64,000 nucleotides of DNA from the human T2T-CHM13v2.0 reference genome, Homo sapiens. The stretch lies in NCBI RefSeq assembly GCF_009914755.1, contig NC_060926.1, one strand, 5' to 3'. Numbering within the stretch: the stretch's first letter is position 1; every line of letters starts with the position of its first letter. The notes beneath the pieces were generated by a model. The model saw only the letters and a program-made list of their open reading frames with translations, did not search any database and had not been told where the DNA came from. The translations under genes and the position numbers were made by a program. Below, in pieces: positions 26,511 through 40,152 of the stretch.

Positions 26511-28533
26511 AGACTCATGAGATATGGCTGGAAGTGACCTTGGTGGTCAACGAATCAAACCCATTTTTCAAACATCCCTCCTACAGTACTTCCACAGCAG
26601 CTACCCTGCCAGCACACCTTCAGTGCGGGGCAACCCTGTGATCTTTAGGTGATGCTAAAGTGTTTTACGTTACATTGAACTCTGCCTCCTCTGGCTCTCA
26701 TCCATCATTCCCTGTCTCCTTAGCTGCTCTCTTGTGACAAGTAGGTTTCAGAGACAGATTTGCTCTACATAACAAAGGAAGTTTCACAACCAGGGTTTCC
26801 ATCCAGTGGCTTCAAGTAGAAGATGGACTACCATTGGTCAGGGATCAGATCCCTCGTCTATCAAATGAAAGAGTTAAACCTAGAAGATTCTAAGTTATTT
26901 CCTGCTATCCAAGTGGATTATGGTCTCTGGGCTACAAAAGTAAGAGTTTGATGTTGCTGCCAAGTTTTTCTTCTCATTTCCTCATCCTCCCTGTACACGT
27001 TTGCACGATTTGGCACTTGATTTTACCATAATTAATTTAATCAGCCCCCAACTCATGAACCTTTAGAGTGTTTCCAATTTTTCATTATTACAAACCATAC
27101 TGCAATAAACATTCTTATATATTACTTTGGGGCACTTGTGTAAATATTTTTATAGGTTAAGTTCCCAGGAATGGAATTGTTGAGTAAAAGGGATAGACAT
27201 TTTGAACTTAATCTGCCTTAATGATTTGCATTAATTTACCCACACCAATACTGGACAATTGCACTTAATCATTTCTGTCAGACTGAAAAATCTGTATTTG
27301 ATTTTTTACTTCTTTGATTATTAGAGAAGTTAAGCATTGATTTCTATGAATTGCTCCTCTTCATAATCCTTGTCCATTTTTGTATGAGTTATCAATATTT
27401 TGTAAAAGTTATTTATATATTGTGGATATTAATGACTTGTTCAGGTGTATTTATATTCAAATATTATTTCTAGTTTTGAATATGTCTTCTTAGATCTACT
27501 TAGATATTTTGCTAGAGAGAAGATTTTAATAAAATCTGACAATGTTTTATGTTATATATTTTAGGCTTTAAGTTATGCTTAAAAAGATGGAAATATTATG
27601 CAAATATTCTCCAATACTTTTATGGTAAGATGTTTCATGTTTCATATTTAATTACTTAGTCTGAATTTTTAAAATGCAGTGTCAATTTATTATGTACATT
27701 TTTTAAATGAATATCCAAATATTCTGATCCTATTTATTTAAAAAAATACCCTCTTCTATTATGATTGCCACTTATTTACATATTTACTTCCCATTTGTAC
27801 ATATGTGTATCTATTACACTTCCAATTCTCTTTCATTCAACAACTTACCTTTTTCTGTACTTGTATCGTACAATTTTTAATACTGTGGCTTTATGGTGCT
27901 TTTTGATTGCTCGTAGAATAAATTCCCTCCTAATTTTCTTCTTTTACAAAAAAATAGAATTGTTTTTCCTTGGAATTCAATTAAATTAATGGAGCAATTT
28001 GGGAATAATTGATATTGTTATAGAATTAAATCTACCCATCCAAGAACTTGTGTCTCTTCACTTACTAACTCAAATATTCTCCTATATCTTTGAAGAAAAT
28101 TATTTAATTTTTATGTATGCCTTATACATTTCTTTTTAAATATGTGACTAATTATTTTGTAGTTAAGCATGCTCTTTGAAGAATTTTATTAAAATTTTCT
28201 AACAGGTTTTTGTTGCTATGTAGGAAGCCTATGGATTTTCATTTTTTAATATAAATTTAATCTAGATGCTTCACAGAACTCAGTTTACATACTTGATGGC
28301 TGATTCTCTTGGATATGTCATCTATTCACATTATCCACAATCATGACGATTTTTCCTTTTTAATTTACTACATGTGGTTCTTTACTTGGCTTTTTCATTA
28401 TTTTGGCTAGAACCTCCAGAACAATGATAAATAATAGCCGTGATGGTGAGCATCTTTGTCTTATTCTTGATTTTGGTGGTGTTTCTAGTGTTTAATCATT
28501 AAGGATGATGTTCAATGATTTTATGATACTTTT

Positions 28534-28602
28534 TTTTTTTTTTTGAGATGGAGTCTTGCTGTCGCCCAGGTTGGAGTGCAGTGGCGCGATCTTGGCTCAC
28601 TG
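28534..28602 (-). mobile_element. Severely 5'-truncated Alu (last ~58 bp plus tail)
   Basis: Perfect 17-bp TSD GATTTTATGATACTTTT at 28517-28533 and 28603-28619. Confidence 0.92.
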
Positions 28603-29247
28603 GATTTTATGATACTTTTGTCTATTTAGTAAACTCTCCTTATTCTCATGACTTGCTAGGAGAATATAACAAGGACAAAATTTGAATTTTGCCAAATAAG
28701 ATTTTGGCATCTATTGAAATTTTGGCATCATTTTTTTTCTTTAGCTATTAATATAAATGTATGGATATCTACTACTGAACCAGACTTGAACTTCTGAAAT
28801 GCTTAGTCATGATATTTTATCTTTTAATACATTGTTTCACTGAAATTTTCAATAATTTATTTAGGATTTTTACACTTCCATAAATTGGTCTATATGTTGG
28901 CACCATCTCTGTCAGATTTTAGTATCAGAGCTAAATTAGTCTCATAAAATTGCTCAGGAAGGACTTCATCTCTAAGTATAGATAAGAAATATTTGCCCTA
29001 TGGAGATGTGATAGATCTCACTTATAAAACCATCTACCCTGAGGTATTCGGGGTGTTAAGTATTTTATTACCTTTGCCCTTTCTTCTGTGATTATTGGTC
29101 TTTTAGATCTTCTGCCTTTTCTTGAACCATTTTTGCGATTTATACTTACATTAGTGGTCATTTCATCTAGAATTTCAAATTTACTAAAATAAATATGTAT
29201 GTGATATTAAATTTTTAAAAATTCCCTCTACATAAGTAGTTGTATCT

Positions 29248-29592
29248 TGATATGGCTTGGCTGTTTTCCTACCCAAGTCTCATCTTGAATTGTAGCTCCC
29301 ACAATTCCCACATGTTGTGGGAGGGACCTGGTGAGAGATAATTGAATCATGGGGGCAGTTTCCCCCATACTGTTTTCGTGGTAGTGAGTAAGTCTCGTAA
29401 GATCTGATGGTTTTATAAAGGATTTCCCCTTTCACTTGATTCTCATTGTCTCTTGCCTGCTGCTATGTAAAACATGCCCTTCACCTTCCACCATGATCCC
29501 ACGTGGACTGTGAGTTTATTAAACTTCTCTTCTTTATAAGTTACCCAGTCTCAGGAGTGTCTTTATCAGCAGCATGAAAATGGACTAATACA
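29248..29592 (+). mobile_element. THE1-family solo MaLR LTR
   Basis: TGATATGGCTTGGCTG...ATGGACTAATACA termini; 5-bp TSD TATCT at 29243-29247 and 29593-29597. Confidence 0.92.
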
Positions 29593-30499
29593 TATCTACT
29601 TTCTTACTGAAGAAATTATGTATTTGCATTCTTTTTTACTCCTTTTTTTGCCAGTCTTAAAAAAGTATCTATTTTTTAATAATCTTTTCAAAAGAATTTC
29701 ACAAGTAGAAAAATCACATCTATTTTGTTCATCTCAGCATCCTCAGTGACCTTGTGCAGTACCTAGACATAGGCACATAATAAATATTTATTGTCAAGGT
29801 AAATCAATAGAAACTTGTTTTGGTTTTCTGTATCAATCCTATTTTTCTCTGTCTACTGCTTCATTTTTTTCATCTACTTTATTTTGATGTTTTGTTGTTT
29901 CTCTTCTAGTTTCAGGAATAAAACTCTCAGCCAGTTCTTTTCAAACTTTTATTTATAATAAAATAATTAAACAATGAATTCTACTCTGAGGGTAGCTTTG
30001 GTTTCACCCTATAGACCTTCATATATCTTGTTTTTTATTATTAATTTTTAAGTAGATAGCAATTTTTTAAATGGTTATCAATGATTTTAGTTTTAGAAAA
30101 CCATTTATTTTTGTTTATTATTCCTAGTTTTATTGCACTATAACGGTTTTGGAAATATCTTGAGCTTCTGTTTATATAGTTGTACATGGTCGATTTTTGT
30201 AAAGAATTTACAGGTATTCAAAAAGGATTTTTTTTCTATGTATTCGGTATGAAGATAGGAGAATACACAAGAAGAAGCAGGTTTGGGAGAAGATAATGTG
30301 TCCAGTCTTAACTTACTGCTTTCAAGTTGCCTGCAAAAATGACAAAGTGTTGGTGTCAGTACGTGGGGCCAACAGATGGGTCTGGGGCTCAAGAAAAAGA
30401 TGCACCTGGGAGTCATTGCTGTGTGTGGTAGTTAAGGCCAACATGCATGAGATTATCCCAAGAACGTGTAGAGTGAGAAAGGCTGGCTGCATGGGCAGT

Positions 30500-30640
30500 T
30501 GACCACACAGGACCCGTGCTCAGAGGGCATATGCTTGGTTTAATGCTTTGCTGTCGCCATCTTGAATTTCTTAATAATTGTTGAACCATGGACCCACATT
30601 TTCATTTTGCACTGAGCCCTGCTAATTATGTAGCAGTTTC
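30500..30640. mobile_element. MER91-like hAT DNA transposon fragment
   Basis: TGCTGTCGCCATCTTGAATTTCTTAATAATT and CATTTTCATTTTGCACTGAGCCC. Confidence 0.55.
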
Positions 30641-30969
30641 TGAGTGTGAAAAGGACAAAGACAAACTGAAGCACCAAGCTCAAAGGGGTGGGCAGTGCAA
30701 GAGAAGCCGGGGAGATTTTGATGGAGCCCTGTGCCAGGTTGGAGGAGATGTTGGAGAGTTGGTTCATAGGAGTGACAGAGGCCAGGGTCTCACAAGGGCC
30801 ATGTTATGCAGAAGAGTTGTGGATGAAGAGGTGTGGAAAGCAGCCAGTTTGCACTGTTTGAGGTGTGAAAAGGACAGGGACCTGTAGGCAACAAGAGTGG
30901 ACAAAACAGACTTCTAGTTTGGTGACACAGTATGGAGAAAGATTCAGATTCTGACCTCTTCTTCCACCT

Positions 30970-31450
30970 TCTACTGCCACTATTGTAGTTCATACCCCCA
31001 CGGGCTCCTGTCTGCACTACTATAGCAGCCTCCTGACTCCTCCCTGCTTCGTCCTTGCCCCCAGTGGTCACGATGATTGTGCTGAAACTTCAGTCAGATC
31101 ACATTACGCCTCTGGCCAAACCCACCAAAGGCTTCTCATCTCAGAACATCAAGTCTTTCCTGTGGCCTCCGAGGCCCTACTGGGTCCAGTCCCCACCCTC
31201 CGTTGCCTGCTACGCTCCCCTTCACTCACATGGCTCCAGCCACACTGGCCTCCTTGGCTTCTTCCTGCACTCTTAACCTGCCTCATAGCTTTACCTGGAA
31301 TGTCCTTCCACCATTCACTCCTTGACCAACTCCCTGTCTTCCCTGGGCTCTGCTCAAATATAGCCTCTCTGGGAGCTCCTCCCTGGCTGGCCTGTCCATG
31401 CCTGCTCCTCCTTACTGTATTTTCATCACATCGCTCAACACCACCTATCT
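30970..31450 (+). mobile_element. L2 fragment
   Basis: GCAGCCTCCTGACT, TCAGATCACATTAC, CTCCAGCCACACTGGCCTCC. Confidence 0.7.
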
Positions 31451-32202
31451 TACTGTGTAGTTACTGGCTTGCTTTTTGTCTTCTCACCCCTGGGAGAGTG
31501 GACTATTGGCTTTGCTCACAGTTTGTCTGTTTGGATGCTCTTGTAGAAGGACAGTGGCCCAGGAGGAGATCAGCAGCTATGTGGACCCTATTTCCCAAGC
31601 CAAAAACTATGATATGTTGTCTAGTAATGACATAGAATATGCATTTATTTATCTGTTTGTGTATACACCTCTTTGTTTCACAAAAGGATTTAAGGCAGTT
31701 TACAAAGATGCATAAAATTCAGCAGGACGACATAAATTAGAAGCAGGTGAGAAAGAAAAAAAATGTAAAAGCAAGGGTAAAGCCATAAAATGGAGCCAAG
31801 GATGGGACTAATACAAAATAAACATACTATAAACTTTGATCCATTTGCTAGGGGTGGGCCACAAATTTGGCTCTAAAATTTCTAACAGCCAGTGCCAAGA
31901 TGAAACATGATCAACTGCACAATTCCCAGGATCCTCAAGATTAAAGCAAACCACTAGCCCAGGAGAAATGCATACATTCCTGATGTCCCAGAGAACAGAA
32001 AGAAATGGCTCCTTAACCCCTCCCAGAGATGACAAGGGATAAGACAGCCAGCAATTTGCTCAGAGGCATCTTTGCAGCAGACACAGCCATGAACTTTGTT
32101 TCTTACATTTCTTAGCCAGGCTTATGGGAGTCTGACTAATGTGAAATGCAGTTATCTGGTGGGCTAGGGCACAGGGTTCTGTCCAGCCATAGGAGTGCCT
32201 GA

Positions 32203-32539
<337 letters not shown>

Positions 32540-35500
32540 TCGAGTAATGCAGTCTAAGGAGAGCTTCTTTAGGCCAAGCTTCAGGCAGATATCGGGGGAC
32601 TGTGGGTTCTCATGACTGTCATGAGAACATGACAAGACTAGGTGACAAAGCTTTGAGATCCACTAGATGTCAAACTGCAAAGAGGTTGGACATCGTCTAG
32701 GAAAAATGAAGCAGGTCTAACAAGGACTTGTTCCCTCTCTCAAGATGAGCAAGATTCTTCCCAGAAAACAAGACCGAGATTCTAACAAGACGAAGATTCT
32801 TCCCAGGAAATAATGATGAGCCCAGTGCAATAGAGTGCAAGTGACTTCAGCCTGGGAACGGTTTAAAGCAGACCCGTACAAACACCTACCTAATTTGTGT
32901 GTGTGTCAGTAAAATCTCCTTCCTGCTTTACCTTCCAAGATAAACCCTTTGTGAAACACATGCCAAGTTAACTGAGAGGAGACCTGCATGGGATAATTAA
33001 CTGTCGTTAAAAGCCAAGGGACAACCACCAAAAATAATGACTTTGCTGATAGAGTATTTGATCTGAAATCTTTCTTTCTGGCAATAATTAAATAGCAGGG
33101 CCAGCTGTGTCCTGGGATTGAATACTGAAATCAAGCTGCCCCAGAAAATCCAGACTGCAGGCCTGTGGGAGAAAGAGCAGAGCCAGCGTGGCCCCTCCCC
33201 GGGCCCGCTCCCCACCCCTGATAAGGATCCCAGCCACCTCCCTGCTTCCCTGGGGTGTTGAAAGTCTCCAAGATAGCAAAGTGCCCCTCCTCTGAGATCC
33301 TGGGAAGGAAAGTGCTAGGCAAATAAGAAACATGGCATAGGACAAAGAGTAGCTGGAAGACTGGAATTGCAAGGAGGGCTCTGGGCCTCTCAGTTCAGAG
33401 CCCCGGCTCCTGAAAATAGGATCTCAGCTCCATGGCCAAGTCAAAGAAATGGGTTGGCAGCCTTTCTGAGTATCTTCCCTAAATTTTCCTTGGCACAGAT
33501 TAAAACATCCTGTCAGATCCACGAATACTGAGCACATTCAATGACCAAAGTCCAGTATATCAATGTCCTCAAGAAGTGCCCTGCTTCCCTCCTGGCCACC
33601 TAGCAACTTCCTCGCTCTGTGAACCACTTCTCGACCTCCCGGCCTCCCCGCACTCCTCATACCTCTTTCTTTTACCTCACTGATACCTGCAGCAGAATTA
33701 GCCCCTATAGAGAGAAGTCAGTCCTAACCCTGTGGGCTACAACCCCTGGCCTCCCTGGTCCCCTGAGCTTTGATCTGGCTGCCCTTCTCCATGTTCACAC
33801 CCTCTTACTTGTTCTCTGGGGTTAGTCATAATAACCCCTCATGTTAACGGGGCAGGAGATCACCTTAGATCTGCCCCACAACCACAAGGAGGTGAGTGGT
33901 TGGAGGCTAATTATTATCTCAATTTTACAAATAAAGAAACGGGCTCTGAATCATCCCGTGGTTTTCCCACAGCCGGACCCCACAGTGTCCAGGCAGGGAG
34001 CAGAACTCACAACTTCAGGCTCCCAGCCTATGAGCCGCCACACCCATCTCTAAACCCAAAACCAGCCACCAGCTCCAGGAGGAGTCATCCTTGCCCATTG
34101 AGGGCAACTGGAGTGCACAGTGTGCAGGTGTGTGTGAGGGGCAGAGGCCAGGAGGTGGGGAGGGCTCTCTGGCGTTCCATCACTTCCATAGCTCCTGCTT
34201 CATGGTATCGGGATGACCCAGCCAGAGGGAACGCACGAGTTTCCCCATTGCAACCCTTCACTTTACAGATGGGGAAACTGAGGCTCAGGATCCTCAGTAG
34301 AGTGCCCACTATATGATGGGAGCTGGGCACCAGCACCCCTAGGTGAGCACTGGGGGGCCAGATTCTCACTTGGCCACGCACCATGCACACACCTCCCCCT
34401 GCCCCTCGAGTTCTTCTAAGCCACCCTGACAAGGCCTGGCTGTGGGTTCTTCTGGAAAGAGAATTGGACTGCTCACCAGTAGCTCCTCCTTCCGGGCCTA
34501 GTTTGGCAGCTGACCCTTGGGGTGGCCTGGAACCTTTTCTTTACAATTTAAGAGCCTGTTCTCAGCCTTTCCCACAAAGGGCTTGACCTCAAGAAGCTGA
34601 TCAGACTCTGGCTTAATGTTTATTCTAGGATTCCAGGACTTCCTTCAAGAAAGGAGTACTCTCCTTGAACAGACAAGCTGTGGCCAAGTGAGGTGGGAAG
34701 CCACGGCGGGCAGAACTGGTGGAGTGAGGGCTGGATGGCAGTTGGAGGTGGAGGCGGGAAGCCTGCCTGGAAGGAGGGGTAAGGCTCTGAGGAGGAGGAA
34801 GAGCAGGTGCCCCAGGCCAGGGAGAGGGCAAAGAACAGGTTCTGGCCCATTTGGGGCTCCATGAGGCTGCAGCCCAGCCCAAGGCCCTGAAGTCCTAGGA
34901 CATCCAGTCCCTTGATTCCTCAGCTGGAAAAGCCAAGGCCACCTTTAACTCATATCAACTTTGAATGGTCCTGGCCAGACACCTTGACACACAGGGTCTC
35001 CTTGCTGCTTCACAACCTATCTGTGCCTGGGGATTTATATTCCTATTTTGCAGACAAGAAAACTGGGGCCAGATAAGTAAGGTCAGAGCAGAACTACAGC
35101 AGCAGCAGGGATTGCAGGGCCTGGCCAGTGCTTTGTCCTCTGCGTAGCCCTTGGCCCCAGCATACCCCGTCATGACCAGATCCCATGCCTCTGGATTGAT
35201 GAACACAAATGCGTAGCTCATGAAGATGGGCTGGGAATCTAAGACTGCTCCCAGCCAGGGAATCAGAAGTATCCTGCCCCAAACATCAGTATTTCATGTT
35301 CAACACTCAACTCACCCATATGCTAATCTTTTTATTCATTTCACTCATCGAGCAAATATGGATTTAGTTCCTTTTGTGTGCCGGGCACTGTGCTCCACTG
35401 GAGTTACACAGTGTGATTAGGGCATGGGCTTTCACATGTTATCACTATGGTACACTCGAGCATTGCTGGAATGTCTAGGGGGAAGCTCTGCACCTGAACC

Positions 35501-37729
35501 CCCATCCCCTCCTGAGAAGCTGTATCCTCTGCCTGACTCTATCGAGGTGAGGGGTGGAGGCTGTGGGAGTCAAGGAGGAGGAGGGAGAGAGAAAGAGCCT
35601 GAGAGAGCTGTAAAAGTGAGACAGTAATCACTGGAGAAGTTCTCTCCATCATTAAAGAGGATCTTAATTAAGGTCCCTGAAACAGACACCCAAAACAAGC
35701 AGCAGCTGTGGGAACCAGGACTGGCAGGGGGAGCACAGCCGCCCAGGGGTGCTGGGTGTTACTGGCCAGCGCCTCACCTGTCATTAGGGAGTGGGAATTC
35801 ACCCCACATCAAAGTCAGCCAGGAAAGAATGTGACAAATGCCATTCACCTTCAAAACAGTGATGAAAATAAATGCCAAAGCCTGCCAACCATTGTGTGCG
35901 AAAACTCCTCGGGCAGAAGGCCGATCCCCAGAGAGAGGTGAGGTGTGTCCAGCTGAGAAGCAAAGAAGAGGTGCCTGGGTCTGGGAACAGAGCCTTCCCT
36001 AGACTGTGGCTGCCTGGACCTGGACACGCCTCTCCTGGCCTTTGGCCTTCAGTTTACCTGGTGCTAAGACCCTGGGAAATCCCTTTCCTCTACTGTCCCA
36101 CCACTCTGGGATACCTTAATGTGGTTGCTTTACTCTGCTGGTGCCTAGGGAATCAGAGGACATCCTGGGTGGAGTCTCTCCCACCCTTGAAGAAGGACAT
36201 CGTCATGGCCCGTCTTGGACCCCCTGACTTTCCTCTTCTGGGAGGAAATAACTGGGAGGCAGTTATTTTCTCTTTGTTGTTTATAATATGGACAAACCTT
36301 GACCAAAAAAAAAAAAAAGAAGAAGAAAATAACTTCTGAGTCTGGATGCTTCATTACATATGGCGTAATCCAGAATTCGAGGAAACGGGGGCAAGTCGAC
36401 ATCTCAAGATGAGTTTACGGCTGATGCAGGCAGGGGTTAGCCAGTGGCACCAGGCTGGCGGCATGAGGTGGCAGAACGCTCTTAGTGCCGAGCTGTGTCC
36501 ACACACGCATCGGGTTAATACCGGGAATTGTTCATCTAGGAGTCTTTGGGAGCCTGCCTTTAGCAGAAAGCAGAGAAATCATGGCCCAGAGACTGAGAGA
36601 CAGAAGCAGAGGTAAAGAGAGATCCAAAGAGAGTTGGGGAGGCGGGTGGGATGCATTAGCCACAGAGTAGTCTTTACTGAGACACCTGTGTTTCCCAAAT
36701 AGCTTTCTTCTGCCGCTTGAGCTGCAAACCCAACACAAAGAGGCCAGCCTCTCCTCTCCTACCCCCACCTTGAACTTCAGATCCTGTGAATATCCTATGG
36801 CAAGTTCAAAGCAAGTTCCAACAACCCCTCCCATCCCTCAGAAGCAAGTGTGGCTGAGGCTTCATCACAGCCTTCCACCAGGGAGGACCCTGAGCTCCGG
36901 AAGGCAGCAAAGCAGGTCTGTTTTATAGCCTCTGAAGAGACTTTGTCATACTGTCACCTCACGCTGACCAGACTTCAGTAATCGTGGGGGAATGAGGAGG
37001 GCCCCTAATCTACCTTGGGCCTACTTCATATTGATACCAAGGGCCAGAGGAATTCAGAGAGCCGTGTGGACTAGAAAGGCCAGGGAAGGTATCCTGGTGG
37101 AGGTGGCATGTGATCTGGGCCTTGAAGGGTGGATAGGAGTTGCAACAGAGAAGAGAAGACACCCTCTGCAGTGGCACCTGCAGGGCCATGAATTGGTGGT
37201 AGGGTAGACATACGTGGCTTGAGCCACAGGCGATAGGATGAAAGCCACGTTGGAAGAACAGCTGTGTGGCCCTGCAGTCAGAGGCTGCTCTGGGTTGGGG
37301 AGGATACCGTGGAGATATAAATCAGGAAACAAGACCACAGGGATTGCACTAGGAGGTGGCATGCCCAGGAACTGGGGCATCTCTCCTTCAGGACCACATC
37401 TCTCCTTGTGGTCACTGAGACACCTTGAAGTGTCTCAAGTGGGACACCAGACCATCCTCCTCTGCATTAAGCATAAGGGAGGCACGAGGTGTGATTTGGC
37501 TGCAGCACGCAGGCTACAAGTCTGACCTAAGGGGGAACTTCCTGACTGGGAAAGTGTGAAAATCTCCCAAGAGTCAACGATGATCTTAGAATCCTTTGCC
37601 CTGAAGGCCTTTAACAAGGCCCCTGTCTGCTGACTGCTGGGCCCCACTCCCCACCTGTGAATTGCAGATCCTTAGTTTCCAGGGAGTGGGACTTAGAAAG
37701 GTCAGAGTTTGGCCTCTCTGCCACTCTCA

Positions 37730-37960
37730 CAATAATAACAAATAATTACGATTATGGCAGCAGCTGACATTCTATGTTCCAGGCACTGTTCAAAGCGCTC
37801 CAAGTGCGGCAATTCGTTTAATCTTCACACGGTCTTATCAGGTACTATTTTCCCCATTCTACAGTTGAAGAAACTAAGAAGCAAAGGCAAATCACTTGCT
37901 CCAAATCACTCGGCAAGTAAATGTTAGTGTGGAGATCTGAAGCCGTGATTCTGCGCTCTC
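37730..37960 (-). mobile_element. MIR SINE
   Basis: CCAGGCACTGTTC...TTTAATCTTCAC...CCCATTCTACAGTTGAAGAAACT. Confidence 0.75.
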
Positions 37961-39724
37961 TACAAATCTGTGTGTCTTTGAATATCCTCCACTTTGCTCT
38001 CACAGCATTTCCCAGGAACCCTCCATACTCCCAGGTCTGTGCATCAGGCAGAGCAGAACTAACATGAAAAAATCAAAGCTACAGCAATTTCATGAATGTC
38101 TGAATGCCGCAAGCATCTCTATATGTTATGAAGTTTGGCATGGAATAAAATCAAGCGGCCATTTTTCCAAATTCTAAACGTGAGCCCAGCGTCTGACAAG
38201 CGGTTAAACATAGAACACCAAGATTTACAGGAAGCCAGGTGTGGGGTTTGCACTAGGCTCACACGAAAGACTGTGGCTGCTCAGCAAGGGCAGTGGTCTT
38301 GAGACTGCAGACCTCGGGGGCACCTCTGTAGAGGGGTGAGGAGGAGACCCCGGCCAGACCTGAGGGCAACGGAGGACACTGGCTGTAAGCCAGGCAGCTT
38401 CAAACAGGGGCAGCAGCAGGGGCAAAGTGGAGATGAGTGCTATTGTCTAACAAAAAAGGTGACCCTGAATGTGACCGTCTCTTCTGCTGCAGGAGAATTT
38501 GCTAGGCGAGGGGGAAGAGGGGCACCATGGTAGCATGGTCTCAGGTTGGTAGCATAGCCCATGCTCTTGTGATCGTGCCGTCTCAGCGCAATTTAAAAGT
38601 AAACAAATATGTAGAGGACAGAGGCTTCGATCAGTGCATGATCTGGACAACATCCGCAGGGCCCATTGTTGGTGCCCTGATTCCAATCTACCCTTCGGTT
38701 GCTGGTCTCATTAGAAAGTCAGAAGTGTGTTAAGGCTTCCACTCTCAAGACACAACTATCAACTTTTTAAGTATAAACACACTTGAAAAGAAGGGTAAAA
38801 CAAATTTCCATGCCCTGGTGGTCACTCACACAGCACATAAAGCGTGAACTACACAAGTTTGTGTGCAGGACAGTGAAGGAAAACTGGGCCAGTGCATTGG
38901 AACCGGCTTTCTGACAAAGGATTCCAGAACCTACTTGACAAATGGAATTTCCACTCCCGTCCTGGGAGAATGGCGCACACAGACATGATTAGCTCACCTT
39001 GTTTTAATGATCCTGAAGTTTCCCCAGCTCAGAAATCACAGCTGGGCAAATCCCCAGCTGGATGAACACAGGCAAGAGGGTGTTTGTGGTGGGTGGAGGC
39101 CCTGTCCTTTCTCCGGTGGAGAAGGCCATTTATGACCTCACGGGATGAAAGGAACTAACCCAGGCCCACTGAGCTGTTATTATAACAATTATCAAGACCT
39201 ATCACCTCCGTTTGGGAAATGTCCTTTCAAGTTGCAGCGGCCTGGTATACCCTGGCTCACTATTACTCACAATCATTACTGGGTGCCCAGGGCAAATTAT
39301 GAATGCTTTTCTTCCGACGTGGATGGATACGATCCTGTTTAAAGGGCTGTAGCTTTGCAAGGGGTTCATTAAAGCCACTGCAGGTTAGTGGTAGGGAGCA
39401 TGTATGTGCATGGGCGTTCAAGTGCCTGGCTCTTCCATCCCATGGCAGTATTCCCCCAGCTTGCCCAGGTGACTAAACATGCCAACACGGAGAGGCGTGG
39501 ACGGTGTTGATCCTGCTCAGCCTCACTCCTCGGGAGCACCAGGAGGAGAAGGGAGGAGGACAACGGAAATGTTTTCCCAATTTTTTCTCCTGCTGAGTGA
39601 CTCAACCCTGCCACACCCAACCAGCAGAAGCCTCTGGACACCGGGTTTGGGGCTCCAGGACACGTATGGGCCCTATTTCCTTCTAGAAGTTAACTCAAGA
39701 CCAGAGTTCTCCCACTTGGGCCTC

Positions 39725-40019
39725 GTTGTTGTTGTTGTTGTTGTTTTGAGACGGAGTCTTGCTCTGTCGCCCAGGCTGGGTGCAGTGGCACAATCTCAGC
39801 TCACTGAAAGCTCCGCCTCCCAGGTTCAAGTGACTCTCCTGCCTCAGCCTCCCGAGCATCTGGGACTACAGGTGCCTGCCACCACACCTGGCAAATTTTT
39901 GTGTTTTTAGTGGAGACAGGGTTTCACCATATTGGCCAGGCTGGTCTTGAACTCCTGACTTTGTGATCCGCCCACCTCGGGCTCCCAAAGTGCTGGGATT
40001 ACAGGCATGAGTCACCACG
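39725..40019 (-). mobile_element. AluS with (GTT)n tail
   Basis: Dimeric Alu; tail converted to a GTT microsatellite. Confidence 0.9.
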
Positions 40020-40112
40020 TGGGTCTCTTTTTTTGTGGATCCAAGGCCACTTGGAGAAGGAGGCTCCCTCCTCCCACCCCAGCCACTACTAGACTGTCCC
40101 CACCACAATAGG

Positions 40113-40152
40113 CCAATGGGTGGGGGCAGGGGCGGGGGCGGGGGAGGAAGTG
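40113..40152 (+). promoter_or_regulatory. Candidate cis-element: CCAAT, GC-boxes and ETS site; G-quadruplex-capable
   Basis: CCAAT 40113-40117, GGGGCGGGGGCGGGGG, GAGGAAGT 40144-40151; five G-runs of 3 or more. Confidence 0.4.

Larger units (their letters stand above)
27040..30250 (-). mobile_element. Old L1M antisense remnants
   Basis: T-rich decayed L1 motifs such as GGCTAGAACCTCCAGAACAATG and CATCTTTGTCTTATTC. Confidence 0.6.
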
